A program made the position numbers and the translations under genes. A DNA stretch of 26,973 nt, from NCBI GenBank assembly GCA_963933075.1, contig CAWVVE010000001.1:1-26973 (forward strand), read 5' to 3'. This document shows positions 26,651 through 26,973 of this stretch, piece after piece. How positions within the stretch are numbered: the stretch's first letter is position 1; every line of letters begins with the position of its first letter. The stretch is from an uncultured Verrucomicrobiaceae bacterium. GTDB taxonomy: Bacteria; Verrucomicrobiota; Verrucomicrobiia; Verrucomicrobiales; DEV007. Under the pieces are notes generated by a model, which was given only the letters and a program-made list of their open reading frames with translations, searched no databases and was not told the DNA's origin.

Positions 26651-26973
26651 CTACTTCTTCCTGCCCTCTGCAGGCAAGGGCAGGAACTGGATCGCGTCGA
26701 CGATGACGTATTTGCCCTCGGTGCCGGCAGTACCAATGATCACGGAACCTGATTTTCCTTTCTTGAATCGAAAGGTTCCCAATGAGCGGAACAGCTTGCC
26801 AATCGGGGCTGTCTTCCCCTCATTGACCTTCACCAAAGTTTCTCCATCCGCATGACGTATGGTCACGGGCACCCCATTCGCCCGCCTGACATTGGAGTTG
26901 TGGGACATGCGCACCTCGTAACGCCCCGCCTTGGGAAAATCGGCTACAAAGGTGGCGAATTTCTTGCCCTTGG
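26651..26973 (-). CDS. C-terminal golvesin/Xly-CBD-like domain of a gene starting beyond the window
   Basis: KGKKFATFVADFPKAGRYEVRMSH..RRANGVPVTIRHADG...LGTFRF...GTEGKYVIVDAIQF; frame open to the window edge. Confidence 0.75.
   Translation of the reverse strand, partial: KGKKFATFVADFPKAGRYEVRMSHNSNVRRANGVPVTIRHADGETLVKVNEGKTAPIGKLFRSLGTFRFKKGKSGSVIIGTAGTEGKYVIVDAIQFLPLPAEGRKK

Noticed and set aside
1-26973. CRISPR array, tRNA/rRNA, IS elements, prophage or defence genes
   Set aside because: No regularly spaced repeats, tRNA arms, transposase, integrase or phage motifs were seen on either strand.

Overview
Bacterial chromosomal window, most likely Verrucomicrobiota (inferred from a PTPDL-like protein, the RDHGT DnaA helix and a long-form IspH). 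The left two-thirds is mostly housekeeping: ispH (partial), an M42/M20-type metallopeptidase, an LpxL/HtrB-family acyltransferase, ftsH, a fused ABCG-type transporter, a ParA-family ATPase overlapping a roadblock/LC7-like gene, a degenerate exported YyaL/SPATA20 homologue, a membrane-anchored PTPDL-like protein, hisB-hisH and dnaN-dnaA with a candidate oriC upstream. The right third is accessory: a sodium:solute symporter, a small hypothetical, Mn-type sodA, DUF1080, DUF3472, an exported isochorismatase-ThuA-jelly-roll fusion, a truncated phosphonoacetate hydrolase (phnA) coupled to a DUF5690 MFS-like transporter, and a partial golvesin/Xly-CBD domain gene. Best leads: (1) a ParB-less ParA lacking the Soj DNA-binding arginines, paired with an MglB-like roadblock protein; (2) an orphan promoter-hairpin-U-rich-terminator unit (~80 nt) that looks like an sRNA; (3) the phnA relic implicating DUF5690 in phosphonate uptake. 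I saw no tRNA, rRNA, CRISPR array, transposase or integrase. Family calls come from motif recognition and recall, not database searches.
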